From assembly GCA_963729715.1 (NCBI GenBank), contig CAVSPA010000006.1, forward strand, positions 64,001 through 128,000: DNA of 64,000 nt, read 5' to 3'. Below the pieces are notes generated by a model. That model saw only the letters and a list, made by a program, of their open reading frames with translations. It had not been told where the DNA came from and did no database searches. This DNA comes from an uncultured delta proteobacterium (GTDB taxonomy: Bacteria > Desulfobacterota > Syntrophia > Syntrophales > UBA2185). The first letter of the stretch is position 1, and each line of letters begins with the position of its first letter. A program made the translations under genes and the position numbers. Shown here one piece after another: positions 19,242 through 28,678 of this stretch.

Positions 19242-20110
19242 AATTCCCCATACCCGAAGAGGAGCTTGTTTACTCAGGACATACGGCCTGCCCCGGCTGT
19301 GGAGCCGCGCTGGCTATGAAATATGTATTGAAGGGACTGGGTCCGAGAACCATTATTGTCATTCCGCCCTCGTGCATGGGGACCATTGCCGCGGGTTTTC
19401 CTTTTTCTTCACTCAAGATTCCCGTCCTCAGGATTCCTTTTGAATCGACGGCCATAACGGCTTCAGGAATCCGGGCGGCCCTGGATGTCATGGGCAAGGA
19501 AGACATACATGTCCTCGCGTGGGCCGGCGACGGAGGCACGTTTGACATCGGCCTTCAGGCCCTGTCGGGATCGGCCGAGAGAAATGACAATATCATATAC
19601 GTCTGTTATGATAACGAAGGTTATATGAATACGGGGATTCAGCGGAGTTCTTCAACCCCTGCGGGCGCCTGGACGACTACCACTCCCGCACCCTTCGTGA
19701 AAGATACGCCCAAGAAGGACATCGTCCGCATCATGGCCGCCCACAACATCCCGTATATTGCGACGGCCTCCATCGGATATCCCGCCGACCTGATCAGGAA
19801 GGTGAAGAAAGCGAAGGAGATAGGGGGCACGAAGTTCATATTGATCTTTTCCCCCTGCCCAACGGGGTGGCGCTATTCTCCGGAGATGACGATAAGGCTT
19901 GCCAAGCTGGCCACCGAGACAGGAATATTTCCCCTTTATGAAATTGAAAACGGGGAGAAGTACGCCCTGAGTTCCAAACGGTCGGAAAAGCCGCTCCAGG
20001 ATTATTTTGCCCTCCAGGGACGCTTTCGCAATCTCACGAAAGAGAACCTCCAGCAGTTTGAAGAAAGAGTGGAGAAAGAACGGGAATATCTGAAGCGTCT
20101 GGCAGGATAG
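19220..20110 (+). CDS. porB: 2-oxoacid:ferredoxin oxidoreductase beta (TPP-binding) subunit (set 1)
   Basis: ACPGCG, GDGGTFDIG, YDNEGYMNTGIQRS, PCPTGW. Confidence 0.88.
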   Translation: MDRPAQIKFPIPEEELVYSGHTACPGCGAALAMKYVLKGLGPRTIIVIPPSCMGTIAAGFPFSSLKIPVLRIPFESTAITASGIRAALDVMGKEDIHVLAWAGDGGTFDIGLQALSGSAERNDNIIYVCYDNEGYMNTGIQRSSSTPAGAWTTTTPAPFVKDTPKKDIVRIMAAHNIPYIATASIGYPADLIRKVKKAKEIGGTKFILIFSPCPTGWRYSPEMTIRLAKLATETGIFPLYEIENGEKYALSSKRSEKPLQDYFALQGRFRNLTKENLQQFEERVEKEREYLKRLAG

Positions 20111-20290
20111 GCTGACGATGCTCTCCGGGGTAGCGAAATCCTGATTCTCAGCCGGAAAAGCATTTTCCGCTCTTGAAGATACTGCCCAGGAAAATCTTGA
20201 ATGGCCGGTGCGAAAAGCATATCCTATTCCTGTTTTGAGGTCCATTTCCATCCGGGGAATGGATATGCATGCGGGAGGATTTTATAAATA

Positions 20291-21121
20291 ATGCTACCTG
20301 AACGGGATATCCGTGATATCATCTTCGCCGGCATCCGGGAAAAGAAGTACATTGCCCACATCTCCGCCCAGACAGAGGGCGTCCTTTCCGGAATCGAATG
20401 GCTGAAAAAGGCCTGCAAGAATCTGGGAATCCATTTGAAGAAATGCAAGAAAAACGGGGCGAGGGTCAGACTGGAGGAGGTCATCGCCGTTCTCACGGGA
20501 AGCGCCAAGCAGCTGGCCGCGGGTGAAGAGCAGCTTATCGGCTGGATCTCAAAAGCCTCCGGTATTGCCACTGCCGCCCGGAAGGCAAAAAAGGCTGCCG
20601 GAAAGAACCTGAAGGTGGTATGCGGGGCATGGAAGAAGATGCCGCTGCCGATCAAAGATCTGGTCCGGCAGGCGATCGCCGACGGAGGCATTCTGTACCG
20701 CATGGCAGATATACCCTTCCTTTACCTGGACAAGAACTACGTCAAGACATTGGGCGGGGTCGCAAAGACGATGCAATCCGTGAAAGGCCTGAAGGGACAC
20801 ACCCTGGTGATACAGCTGAAAGCGGTGGGACATAACCTCCTCCGGGAAGCAATCGTCGCAGCAGAGGGCGGCGGCAACATCATCATGATCGATACAGGCA
20901 GGAAAGAGGATATCGTAAAGATCGATTCCGGGTTGCGGGCAAGGGGTCTGAGAGACCGCGTGCAAATCGCTTTTGCAGGAAACATCGGAATCGGCGATCT
21001 CCAGGAACTAAAGAAGCTGCCGGTAGAGATCGTTGACATCGGACAGGCCGTTGTCGATGCGCCGCTTCTCGACATGAGAATGGATATTACGGCAGAGACG
21101 GGGGAGAAGATTGGAGCTTGA
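20291..21121 (+). CDS. Divergent quinolinate phosphoribosyltransferase (NadC/ModD)-like protein
   Basis: GVLSG, E..IGWISKASGIATA, KK.P, GG..YR, KNY..LGG, IMIDT, AGNI, IDIG...D fold motifs; canonical TRKT and HR are altered. Confidence 0.75.
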   Translation: MLPERDIRDIIFAGIREKKYIAHISAQTEGVLSGIEWLKKACKNLGIHLKKCKKNGARVRLEEVIAVLTGSAKQLAAGEEQLIGWISKASGIATAARKAKKAAGKNLKVVCGAWKKMPLPIKDLVRQAIADGGILYRMADIPFLYLDKNYVKTLGGVAKTMQSVKGLKGHTLVIQLKAVGHNLLREAIVAAEGGGNIIMIDTGRKEDIVKIDSGLRARGLRDRVQIAFAGNIGIGDLQELKKLPVEIVDIGQAVVDAPLLDMRMDITAETGEKIGA

Positions 21122-22001
21122 ACTTTTTGAAAAGACGGAGATCTGGATAAGTCCCATCCATATCGTGGATGTCGACCTGGGATTGATCGCAGAGAAGTTT
21201 GCCGGGATTCTGCACCTCGACAAGAAGGAGATCATGGTCGTCGATGTGCGTGAGGAACTCATCACCCTTGACGTCCTGAAGAAATCCGTCAGGGCCGAGG
21301 ATATTATCGGCAAGAAGGACGCCCTGCTCAAGGCGCTGGCGGCGATCCCCGGAGTCAGTCTCACCCCCGAGACAAGTCTCCACTCCGATGGCATCCTCGG
21401 ATTGATTGCCGTCGAAGATCAAGCGATGGCGGGTGAAATCCTAGGAGGGATGGCGCGGATGCAGCGCGAAATCTCGGAGCGGATACGGAAGAGGGCAATA
21501 GTCTTTCCATCCGGGTTCGAGGTCCGGAGGGGCATGATTCAGGACACCAACAGCCCCTACATCACAGGCCGGCTGACGAAGGAAGGATACAGCGTCACAG
21601 TAGGCGATACGCTCGAAGACGATCTGGAGAGTATTGTCCCGGTACTTCGCCGGACCCTGAGCGAGGGCTATGGACTGATCATCACGACCGGCGGAGTAGG
21701 GGCAGAGGATAAGGACAGGATGGTTGAGGCCCTTCTGAGGATCGACCCTTCGGCGTCCACGCCGTACATAATCCATTACGAAAAAGGAAAAGGGCGTCAC
21801 GAAAAAGACGGGGTCAGGATCGGGGTCGCTTACCTGCATCCCTCTTACGTCATTGCCCTGCCGGGACCGCACGAGGAAGTAAAGGCCGGTATGGATGTCA
21901 TCATCGAGGGATTAAAGGGGGGAATGGGAAAAGAGGATATTGCTTCCGCCCTTGCAAACAAATATGTCGGTCGCCTGAAGCGGCTTCACCATTTGAAGTG
22001 A
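21111..22001 (+). CDS. Molybdopterin-binding-domain (MogA/CinA N-terminal, COG1058-like) protein with unknown N-terminal domain
   Basis: SG.EV..G.IQDTNS, EDD..SI, LIITTGGVG..DKD, IALPGP. TTG start overlaps the upstream gene. Confidence 0.75.
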   Translation: MELELFEKTEIWISPIHIVDVDLGLIAEKFAGILHLDKKEIMVVDVREELITLDVLKKSVRAEDIIGKKDALLKALAAIPGVSLTPETSLHSDGILGLIAVEDQAMAGEILGGMARMQREISERIRKRAIVFPSGFEVRRGMIQDTNSPYITGRLTKEGYSVTVGDTLEDDLESIVPVLRRTLSEGYGLIITTGGVGAEDKDRMVEALLRIDPSASTPYIIHYEKGKGRHEKDGVRIGVAYLHPSYVIALPGPHEEVKAGMDVIIEGLKGGMGKEDIASALANKYVGRLKRLHHLK

Positions 22002-22094
22002 CACTGAAGATCAGTAACAACTCCACCCCTGCGCAAAGTGCCGGGCCTGATGAAGAGATCAGTTTAAGTCAATAAAGTGAGGGGAAGAAAGAAG

Positions 22095-22655
22095 ATGCTT
22101 GAAATCCGCTTTCATGGTCGCGGAGGCGGGGGTACCGTCGTGCTGGCCACCTTACTCGCCAAGGCTTTTTTTCAGGCCGGTTACCAGGTCCAGAGCTTCC
22201 CCTTTTTCGGTGTTGAACGGCGAGGGGCCCCGGTAGAGGCGTATCTCCGTCTCGCGAGCAAGAAGATTTTAGCGAGAACCAGTGTGACCACGCCGGATCA
22301 TGTAGTTGTTCAGGATCAGAGCCTCATTCAAGACATCGGCGTCATGCAAGGACTCAAGCCGGGTGGTTGGATTTTGCTTAACTGCCCCTTACACCCTTCC
22401 GATATGAGCCTCTTTACAAACTACAAGGTTGCCATTGTGGATGCAACCAGCCTTGCGCTCAAAAACAGGATAGGAAGCAGGACGCACCCCATTGTCAATA
22501 CGGCCATGATAGGTGCTTTTGCGCGCATGATGGAGGCACCGCCGATGGATACCGTCATTGCAGCGATAAGGAAAGAAGTGCCGTCCGACCCTGATAGAAA
22601 TGTCGCCGCTGCAGAAGAGGCGTATCGTGAAGTCCGTTTATTACAGGAAACATAA
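22095..22655 (+). CDS. porC: 2-oxoacid:acceptor oxidoreductase gamma subunit (set 2)
   Basis: MLEIRFHGRGGGG, FGVERRGAPV, IVNTAMIGA. Confidence 0.85.
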   Translation: MLEIRFHGRGGGGTVVLATLLAKAFFQAGYQVQSFPFFGVERRGAPVEAYLRLASKKILARTSVTTPDHVVVQDQSLIQDIGVMQGLKPGGWILLNCPLHPSDMSLFTNYKVAIVDATSLALKNRIGSRTHPIVNTAMIGAFARMMEAPPMDTVIAAIRKEVPSDPDRNVAAAEEAYREVRLLQET

Positions 22656-22668
22656 ATAAGGCGAAGGC

Positions 22669-24414
22669 ATGAAGGTCGCAATAATACCAAAACCGTTTGT
22701 AGCCATAACTTATGAAACGACGGAAAGCAACAAGACGGGCTCTTGGCGCTTTCTCAAACCGCGTTACCAGGATAAGACATCGCCCTGCAGCACCGGTTGT
22801 CCGGCCGGCGAAGATATCGGCATGATTGAGATGCTCGCAAAGCAGGGATTGTTCAAGGAGGCGTGGGAAGCGATCCTCCGGGAAAATCCTTTACCGGGCG
22901 TATGCGGGCGCGTCTGCTTTCACCCTTGCGAGAGCGCTTGCAACAGAAAGGATTTCGATTCGCCCATTGCCATTCACACCCTTGAACGGTTTCTGGCCGA
23001 TGCGGCTGCCGGTTGCGATCTTACGACAACACTGGAAAAGCTCCCCCAAAAGAAACAAAGGATAGCCATCATCGGCGCTGGTCCGGCGGGACTTTCCGCC
23101 GCATGGTTTCTGTCAGTGCTTGGTTATCCCTGTGATATTTTTGAGGCACTTCCTGAAGCAGGTGGAATCTTACGCTGGGGGATACCGGAGTATCGTTTAC
23201 CCGCGGCAGTTCTTCAATCCGAGATTGCCCGGGTTGAAGGCTTGGGAGTGCGCATGTATACGAATAAAGCCGTGGCGTCTGATACATTTGATGAACTTAG
23301 GAAAAGTTACGGCGCCGTTTTTCTCGGCTGCGGCCATGCGCATGGCACGCCGCTCGGATTGACGGGAGAGACCCCGGAAACTGTTGAGGACGGCCTGGAT
23401 TTTTTGAGAAGAGTGAGGCAGGGTGAAATGCCTTTATGTGACGGTTTCTCTGTTGTCATCGGGGGCGGCAACACGGCTGTTGACGTTGCCAGAACCATCA
23501 CCAGGTTTGGCGGCATTGCGGCCATCTTGTACCGCAGGCGCCGTCAGGATATGCCGGCATTCGGAGATGAAATAGAGATGGCGCTCGAGGAAGGTGTGGA
23601 ACTGGAAGAGCTTGTAGCCCCGTCAGCTATTGAACATCATAACGGCCGGCTCAGACTGCTTTTGCGGAAAATGAAAATCAAAGGTCAGGATAAAGATGGT
23701 CGTGGACGGATAGTATTCGACGGGAAAAAGACCGTTAAGAAAGTTGTCGATCATATATTTGCGGCCACGGGCGCCAACGCGGCTGAGTCCTGGCATAGCC
23801 CTCCTTTGGCGCAACGGGAAGTTATCGGCTTCAATAACTGTGTTCTATTGTTGGAGGACAGCGGCGCGCCTGTAATCTACGGCGGGGATCTGACCAATGA
23901 AACAAAAAATGTCGCACAGGCCATAGCCTCCGGCAAGCAGGCAGCGATGGTACTGGATACCTATTTCGAAAGAGGAATCGATGAGATTAAACCCCGGCTT
24001 GAGGCATGCATGGTCGGAAACGGGCCGGCACTTTCCATGGAAGCATATCTCGGGGAAGCGCGCGGAGGCCGCAGTTCCCATATTGTCCAATACGGAGAAA
24101 TCAATACAGACTATTTCCATAGTGAAGATAGGGCGGCTCAACTCCGCCTTTCCGCGGAAGATCGCAGCCGCTCGTTTAATGAAATCGACTTGGGCATACC
24201 CGCTGAGGCGGCCGTCCGGGAGGCCGGGCGCTGCTTCAATTGCGGCCTGTGTGACCAGTGTGACAACTGTTATGTATTTTGCCCGGATGCTGCCGTTATC
24301 AGAAGTAAGAACATGGAAGACCGGCATATCAACTATGATTACTGCAAAGGATGCGGCGTATGCGCTACGGAGTGTCCTCGCTATGCCGTAATCATGGGTG
24401 AGGAGAGACTATGA
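22669..24414 (+). CDS. PorD(delta)-GltD fusion: FAD/NAD(P) oxidoreductase inside the delta ferredoxin subunit
   Basis: N-terminal NKTGSWR (PorD motif); GltD core (GAGPAG, GGGNTAVD, YRR); C-terminal CDQCDNC..FCPD and YDYCKGCGVCATECP. Confidence 0.85.
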   Translation: MKVAIIPKPFVAITYETTESNKTGSWRFLKPRYQDKTSPCSTGCPAGEDIGMIEMLAKQGLFKEAWEAILRENPLPGVCGRVCFHPCESACNRKDFDSPIAIHTLERFLADAAAGCDLTTTLEKLPQKKQRIAIIGAGPAGLSAAWFLSVLGYPCDIFEALPEAGGILRWGIPEYRLPAAVLQSEIARVEGLGVRMYTNKAVASDTFDELRKSYGAVFLGCGHAHGTPLGLTGETPETVEDGLDFLRRVRQGEMPLCDGFSVVIGGGNTAVDVARTITRFGGIAAILYRRRRQDMPAFGDEIEMALEEGVELEELVAPSAIEHHNGRLRLLLRKMKIKGQDKDGRGRIVFDGKKTVKKVVDHIFAATGANAAESWHSPPLAQREVIGFNNCVLLLEDSGAPVIYGGDLTNETKNVAQAIASGKQAAMVLDTYFERGIDEIKPRLEACMVGNGPALSMEAYLGEARGGRSSHIVQYGEINTDYFHSEDRAAQLRLSAEDRSRSFNEIDLGIPAEAAVREAGRCFNCGLCDQCDNCYVFCPDAAVIRSKNMEDRHINYDYCKGCGVCATECPRYAVIMGEERL

Positions 24415-25586
24415 AGCAGGTGATGGAAGGCAACTCCGCCGTTGCGGAGGCGGTCCGGCTGGCTAGGGTTCAGGTAATCTCTGCATATCCTATCACACCC
24501 CAATCGCATATCGTGGAGGTTCTGTCGGATTACTGTGCCAGCGGCAAGATGGATGCCCGTTACTTAAGGGTTGAGAGCGAGCACTCCTGTCTTGCGAGCC
24601 TTGTCGGAGCCGCATGCGGCGGCGTCAGGACCTTTACGGCGACCTCGTCAGCCGGCCTCGCCTATATGCACGAAATGCTGCATTGGACGGCAGGATCACG
24701 CCTGCCAATCGTTATGGCAGAGGTGAACCGGGCAGTAGGCGCACCCTGGAATATCTGGTCAGACCAAACCGACAGCCTGTCCCAGCGCGATACGGGCTGG
24801 ATGCAGTTCTACTGTGAAGACGGGCAGGAGGTTTTTGACACAACCCTCCAGGCATTCCGTTTGGCGGAATGGGTTAACCTTCCCGTCATGGTCGTCACGG
24901 AGGGTTTCCTACTCTCACATACCTATGAACCAGTGGATATTCCCGAGCAGGAAGAAGTTGATCGTTTTCTTCCTCCCTACAATCCCGCGTTCAGTGTCGA
25001 TACCAAGAATCCGTTTACATTTAATTCCATCGCCTCTCCTTCAATCTATATGGAAATTCGTCATGACAACGCAGCGGCCATGGATCAGGTGCTGGAGCGC
25101 TTTGATGACGTTGAGAAGGAATTTGAAACCTTATTTAACCGCAGATATGGCGCGATCGAGGCGGTCAATTGTGACGATGCAGAGATTATTCTCGTCACAT
25201 CAGGAACTATTACGAGCACCGGCCGTCTGCTTCTAGAAGACCTGCGAGACAGGGGTGAGAAAGTCGGTCTCCTGAAAATGAAAATGTTTCGGCCATTCCC
25301 TGTGGAATTGGTTTGCGAGGCGCTTAAGCCTGCAAAAAAGGTTGCTGTTATTGACCGGAATTTTTCATCCGGCGCAGGGGGGATATTCCTGCAGGAAGTT
25401 CGGGCGGCGCTCTGCAATAGAGAGGACCGTCCCCTTGTCTTTGGTTATGTTGTTGGCCTCGGTGGAAGGGACGTCACGAAGGCTGTTCTCGAAGAGATCT
25501 ATGAGATGACCAAGAACAACGATATCCCATCGGATAAGAGCATTTGGATAGGACTGAAAGAGGTGAAGCATGCGATTGGACGCTGA
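24411..25586 (+). CDS. porA: 2-oxoacid:acceptor oxidoreductase alpha subunit (set 2)
   Basis: AYPITPQS, ESEHS, TATSSAGL, GLGGRD. Confidence 0.85.
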   Translation: MKQVMEGNSAVAEAVRLARVQVISAYPITPQSHIVEVLSDYCASGKMDARYLRVESEHSCLASLVGAACGGVRTFTATSSAGLAYMHEMLHWTAGSRLPIVMAEVNRAVGAPWNIWSDQTDSLSQRDTGWMQFYCEDGQEVFDTTLQAFRLAEWVNLPVMVVTEGFLLSHTYEPVDIPEQEEVDRFLPPYNPAFSVDTKNPFTFNSIASPSIYMEIRHDNAAAMDQVLERFDDVEKEFETLFNRRYGAIEAVNCDDAEIILVTSGTITSTGRLLLEDLRDRGEKVGLLKMKMFRPFPVELVCEALKPAKKVAVIDRNFSSGAGGIFLQEVRAALCNREDRPLVFGYVVGLGGRDVTKAVLEEIYEMTKNNDIPSDKSIWIGLKEVKHAIGR

Positions 25587-26496
25587 CGATCGTGAATTCA
25601 TGTGCTCAGGGCATGCGGCTTGTCCGGGCTGCGGCGCAGTTATTGCTCTGCGCATTTTTACAAAGGCCATGGGAGAAAATACCATCCTGGTTATTCCGGC
25701 CAGTTGCACAGGTGTCATCGTCGGTGTTTACCCCCAGTCTGTCATGAGAATTCCCGTGGTCCACGCCCCCATGCCGGCCGGCGCCTCCGTGGCTTCAGGG
25801 CTGCGTGCAGCCCTTGATATGAGGCATGACACGGATACCACGGTTGTTGCATGGGCCGGTGACGGCGGCACCTTCGATATCGGCTTTCAGGCCCTGAGCG
25901 GCGCCGTCGAAAGGAACGAGGATTTTATTTATGTCTGCTATGACAATGAAGCCTATATGAATACCGGCATCCAGCGCAGCTCTTCAACGCCGTATGGGGC
26001 GTGGACGACTACCACACCGGGACAAGATTGGAAAAAACTGCGGAAGAAGAATATCGTTGAAGCCTTGGTGGCGCACCGGATCCCCTATGTGGCGACGGCA
26101 AATATAGCATTTCCGGAGGACCTTGTTCGAAAGGTGAAGAAAGCCAAAGCCGTCAGGGGTTCGAGGTTTTTGCATATCTTCGCGAGCTGCCCCCCGGGAT
26201 GGCGCATCCCCTCCGAGATATCAGTAAAAACGGCCCGGATGGCTGTTCAGACAAATATCTTTCCTCTATACGAGGTAGAAGACGGCGTCCGCTACACCAT
26301 CAATTACAAGGACAGGCAGCGCCCTGTGCAGGACTATTTCGGGGTTCAGGGACGCTTCAGTCATCTGACTGCTGAAGACTTCGATCAGATCCAAAAAATG
26401 GTTGAAAAAGATTGGGCATTGTTACTGAGAAAGGCCGGGGAGCAAGCCGCCGACGCATGCATCCAATCATCGAGCGCTCACGAGGTGAAAGTATAA
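25570..26496 (+). CDS. porB: 2-oxoacid:acceptor oxidoreductase beta subunit (set 2)
   Basis: ACPGCG, GDGGTFDIG, YDNEAYMNTGIQRS, CPPGW. Confidence 0.85.
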   Translation: MRLDADDREFMCSGHAACPGCGAVIALRIFTKAMGENTILVIPASCTGVIVGVYPQSVMRIPVVHAPMPAGASVASGLRAALDMRHDTDTTVVAWAGDGGTFDIGFQALSGAVERNEDFIYVCYDNEAYMNTGIQRSSSTPYGAWTTTTPGQDWKKLRKKNIVEALVAHRIPYVATANIAFPEDLVRKVKKAKAVRGSRFLHIFASCPPGWRIPSEISVKTARMAVQTNIFPLYEVEDGVRYTINYKDRQRPVQDYFGVQGRFSHLTAEDFDQIQKMVEKDWALLLRKAGEQAADACIQSSSAHEVKV

Positions 26497-26644
26497 CTTC
26501 AATCTATATGAAACTGTCCTCCTGGCATTTTGTCATGGCAGCACTTCTGATACGGTTCTTTCACATGTTTAGACAATTTGATAGGCATCTTACAACAGGG
26601 GTGCTATACTGGTATTATAATTCGTATGTTGGCAAGGAGGAAGG

Positions 26645-27355
26645 ATGAAAAAGAGAATCGCAGTATCCATTTTTTTTGCGTTAGTTTTTGTCTCCGTAAT
26701 CTGTGGAAACCTGCGCGCTGAAACAGTAGAAGAGACCTTGACAAGAGAATTTCCCGGAGCAGATTTTGATGCTATTAAACCGACAGATATAAAGGGTGTG
26801 TACGAGATCGTCAAAGACTCCGATGTTATCTATTTTGTTCCGAACCCCGGTTATCTTATCGTCGGGGATATCTACGACAAAGAGGGAAGGAATGTCACGG
26901 AAGAGAGGAAGGGCGAGCTTTTTGCCGCAAGCGCAAAAACCCTCCCGTTGGATAAGGCCGTCAAGATCGGAAACGGTAAAAATACCATTGTAGAATTTAC
27001 TGATCCTGATTGCCCCCACTGCAGGACTGCATCCTCTTTTTTAGGAAAGAGAAAGGACGTAACCCGCTATATTTTCTTTTTCCCACTCCCCATGCACGAG
27101 GATGCTGAGAACAAGATAAAATATATCTTGTGCGCCGCCGATCGGGCGAAGGCTTACGAAGATGCCATGCAGGGCAAGCTTGATGATCAGAAATATGAAA
27201 AATGCTCGAAACCTGAGGCAGCTGAACTCTTGGAGCTTCACAAGGAGATGGGGCGAAAGATGCGCATTAGCGGTACACCATTCTTTATCATTAACGGGAA
27301 GAAGTCGATCGCTGGGGCCAATATTCCTGAGATCGAAGAAGCTTTAAAAAAGTGA
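26645..27355 (+). CDS. dsbC: DsbC-family thiol:disulfide isomerase
   Basis: Signal peptide, N-terminal dimerisation domain, FTDPDCPHC, cis-Pro loop SGTP. Confidence 0.85.
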   Translation: MKKRIAVSIFFALVFVSVICGNLRAETVEETLTREFPGADFDAIKPTDIKGVYEIVKDSDVIYFVPNPGYLIVGDIYDKEGRNVTEERKGELFAASAKTLPLDKAVKIGNGKNTIVEFTDPDCPHCRTASSFLGKRKDVTRYIFFFPLPMHEDAENKIKYILCAADRAKAYEDAMQGKLDDQKYEKCSKPEAAELLELHKEMGRKMRISGTPFFIINGKKSIAGANIPEIEEALKK

Positions 27356-27361
27356 CCCTTA

Positions 27362-27452
27362 TTTGACCGGCACAGCATCTTAGCTGCGGCCGGGCTTTTT
27401 TCTCGATAAACAAATCATAAGGGCTTTCTATCATGGCTGAAGGCCCATTGTA
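27362..27452. terminator. Hairpins between convergent genes (probable terminators)
   Basis: CCGGC..GCCGG stem followed by a T run; GGGCTTTC...GAAGGCCC inverted repeat. Confidence 0.45.
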
Positions 27453-27454
27453 AT

Positions 27455-27946
27455 CTATATCACCTCATCCTTCATGCTGTAAAAGCGGTTGAAATGCCAG
27501 GCGAGCGGCGTGAGGTCTTTGTTCACTGTGAAGTCCACGGGGCTGGCGAGGTAGACAGTGTAGGTGCTCACCGGGAAGGATGTGAGCACGTTGCACTCTA
27601 TGGAGACAGAGGAGCCCTTAATAATAGGGGCGCTCACCACTTTCGCCTTTTCCGTCTTGATGGCGAATTTTTTGAATTTATCGACTTTATCGCCGTGTGT
27701 GGAACCGAGACCCCTGGCGAGCTTCACCTGGCCTACGGAGGCTACGTTTAGGACGAACTGGCCTGTTTCTTCAATCAGGGCATGAGTCAGGTGACCCCTG
27801 TCAACACTCACCACGAATAAGGGTGGGTCTTCGGAAACGAACATGGAGGTGGCTGTTATGGCGTCCTTCTTCGCTCCGTTTCCTGCGCTCAAGAGAACTA
27901 CGGAGCATGGCATCAAGTGGCTTACGTTCAGCATCTCTTTCTTCAT
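27455..27946 (-). CDS. Flavin reductase-like (flavoredoxin) protein
   Basis: VSEDPPL, HLTH.LI..TG.F.LN, GSTHG..VDKF, IEC. Confidence 0.85.
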   Translation of the reverse strand: MKKEMLNVSHLMPCSVVLLSAGNGAKKDAITATSMFVSEDPPLFVVSVDRGHLTHALIEETGQFVLNVASVGQVKLARGLGSTHGDKVDKFKKFAIKTEKAKVVSAPIIKGSSVSIECNVLTSFPVSTYTVYLASPVDFTVNKDLTPLAWHFNRFYSMKDEVI

Positions 27947-28111
27947 AATCTTCTCCTTCCTTCATGACGATTGACTGAACTCAATCGATTCCCATCGGCA
28001 AATGAAATAAGACATTTTCTTGATTGAAACTTCTTTTGAAAGTATAGGAAAGGGAGAATTGCCTGTCAAGACAAATGAAAATCTACCCCGTGTAATTGTC
28101 AGGTGTTTCAC

Positions 28112-28639
28112 ATGAAGCCCATTATATACACAATAGGCCATTCAACTCATGCGATCGATGAGTTTGTGGAAATGCTCCAGGCATTCCATATCGAGAGGGT
28201 AGTCGATGTTAGGTCTATTCCTAAATCACGCCATGATCCCCAATTCAATAAAGAGGAATTAAAGAAGAGTCTGCACGAGCATGAAATTGACTACATGCAC
28301 TTGGGTCTTCTCGGCGGGCTGCGTCATACAACAAACGCATCTATCAATACGGCCTGGAGGAACTCATCGTTCCGGGGGTTTGCGGACTATATGCAGACTT
28401 CTGAATTTGCCGCAGGGATGGAGCAATTGGTGGGTCTTGCCGAGAAAAAAAGAGTTGCCATTATGTGTTCGGAGGCTGTCCCGTGGCGCTGTCATCGCTC
28501 ACTTATCGGCGATGCGCTCCTGGTGCGCAATTACCATGTTGAGGATATTATTACCAGCAAGGCCACTAAACCTCACATACTGACACCCTGGGCAAAAGTG
28601 AAGGGTATGGAGATCACATATCCGGAGCCCGAGATATGA
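28112..28639 (+). CDS. DUF488 family protein
   Basis: IYTIGHST, DVRSIPKSR..PQFN, MCSEAVPWRCHR. Confidence 0.85.
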   Translation: MKPIIYTIGHSTHAIDEFVEMLQAFHIERVVDVRSIPKSRHDPQFNKEELKKSLHEHEIDYMHLGLLGGLRHTTNASINTAWRNSSFRGFADYMQTSEFAAGMEQLVGLAEKKRVAIMCSEAVPWRCHRSLIGDALLVRNYHVEDIITSKATKPHILTPWAKVKGMEITYPEPEI

Positions 28640-28678
28640 GGAACGGAAGCGAGACGCAAATCTAATTCCAACGCTGGA

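Noticed and set aside
20291..21121. Canonical nadC of NAD biosynthesis
   Set aside because: Substrate motifs are altered and nadA/nadB are not nearby.
22020..22075. c-di-GMP-I riboswitch suggested by GCGCAAAG..CCGGGCCTGA
   Set aside because: No upstream GGCAAAC / GNRA-tetraloop stem and no convincing P1.
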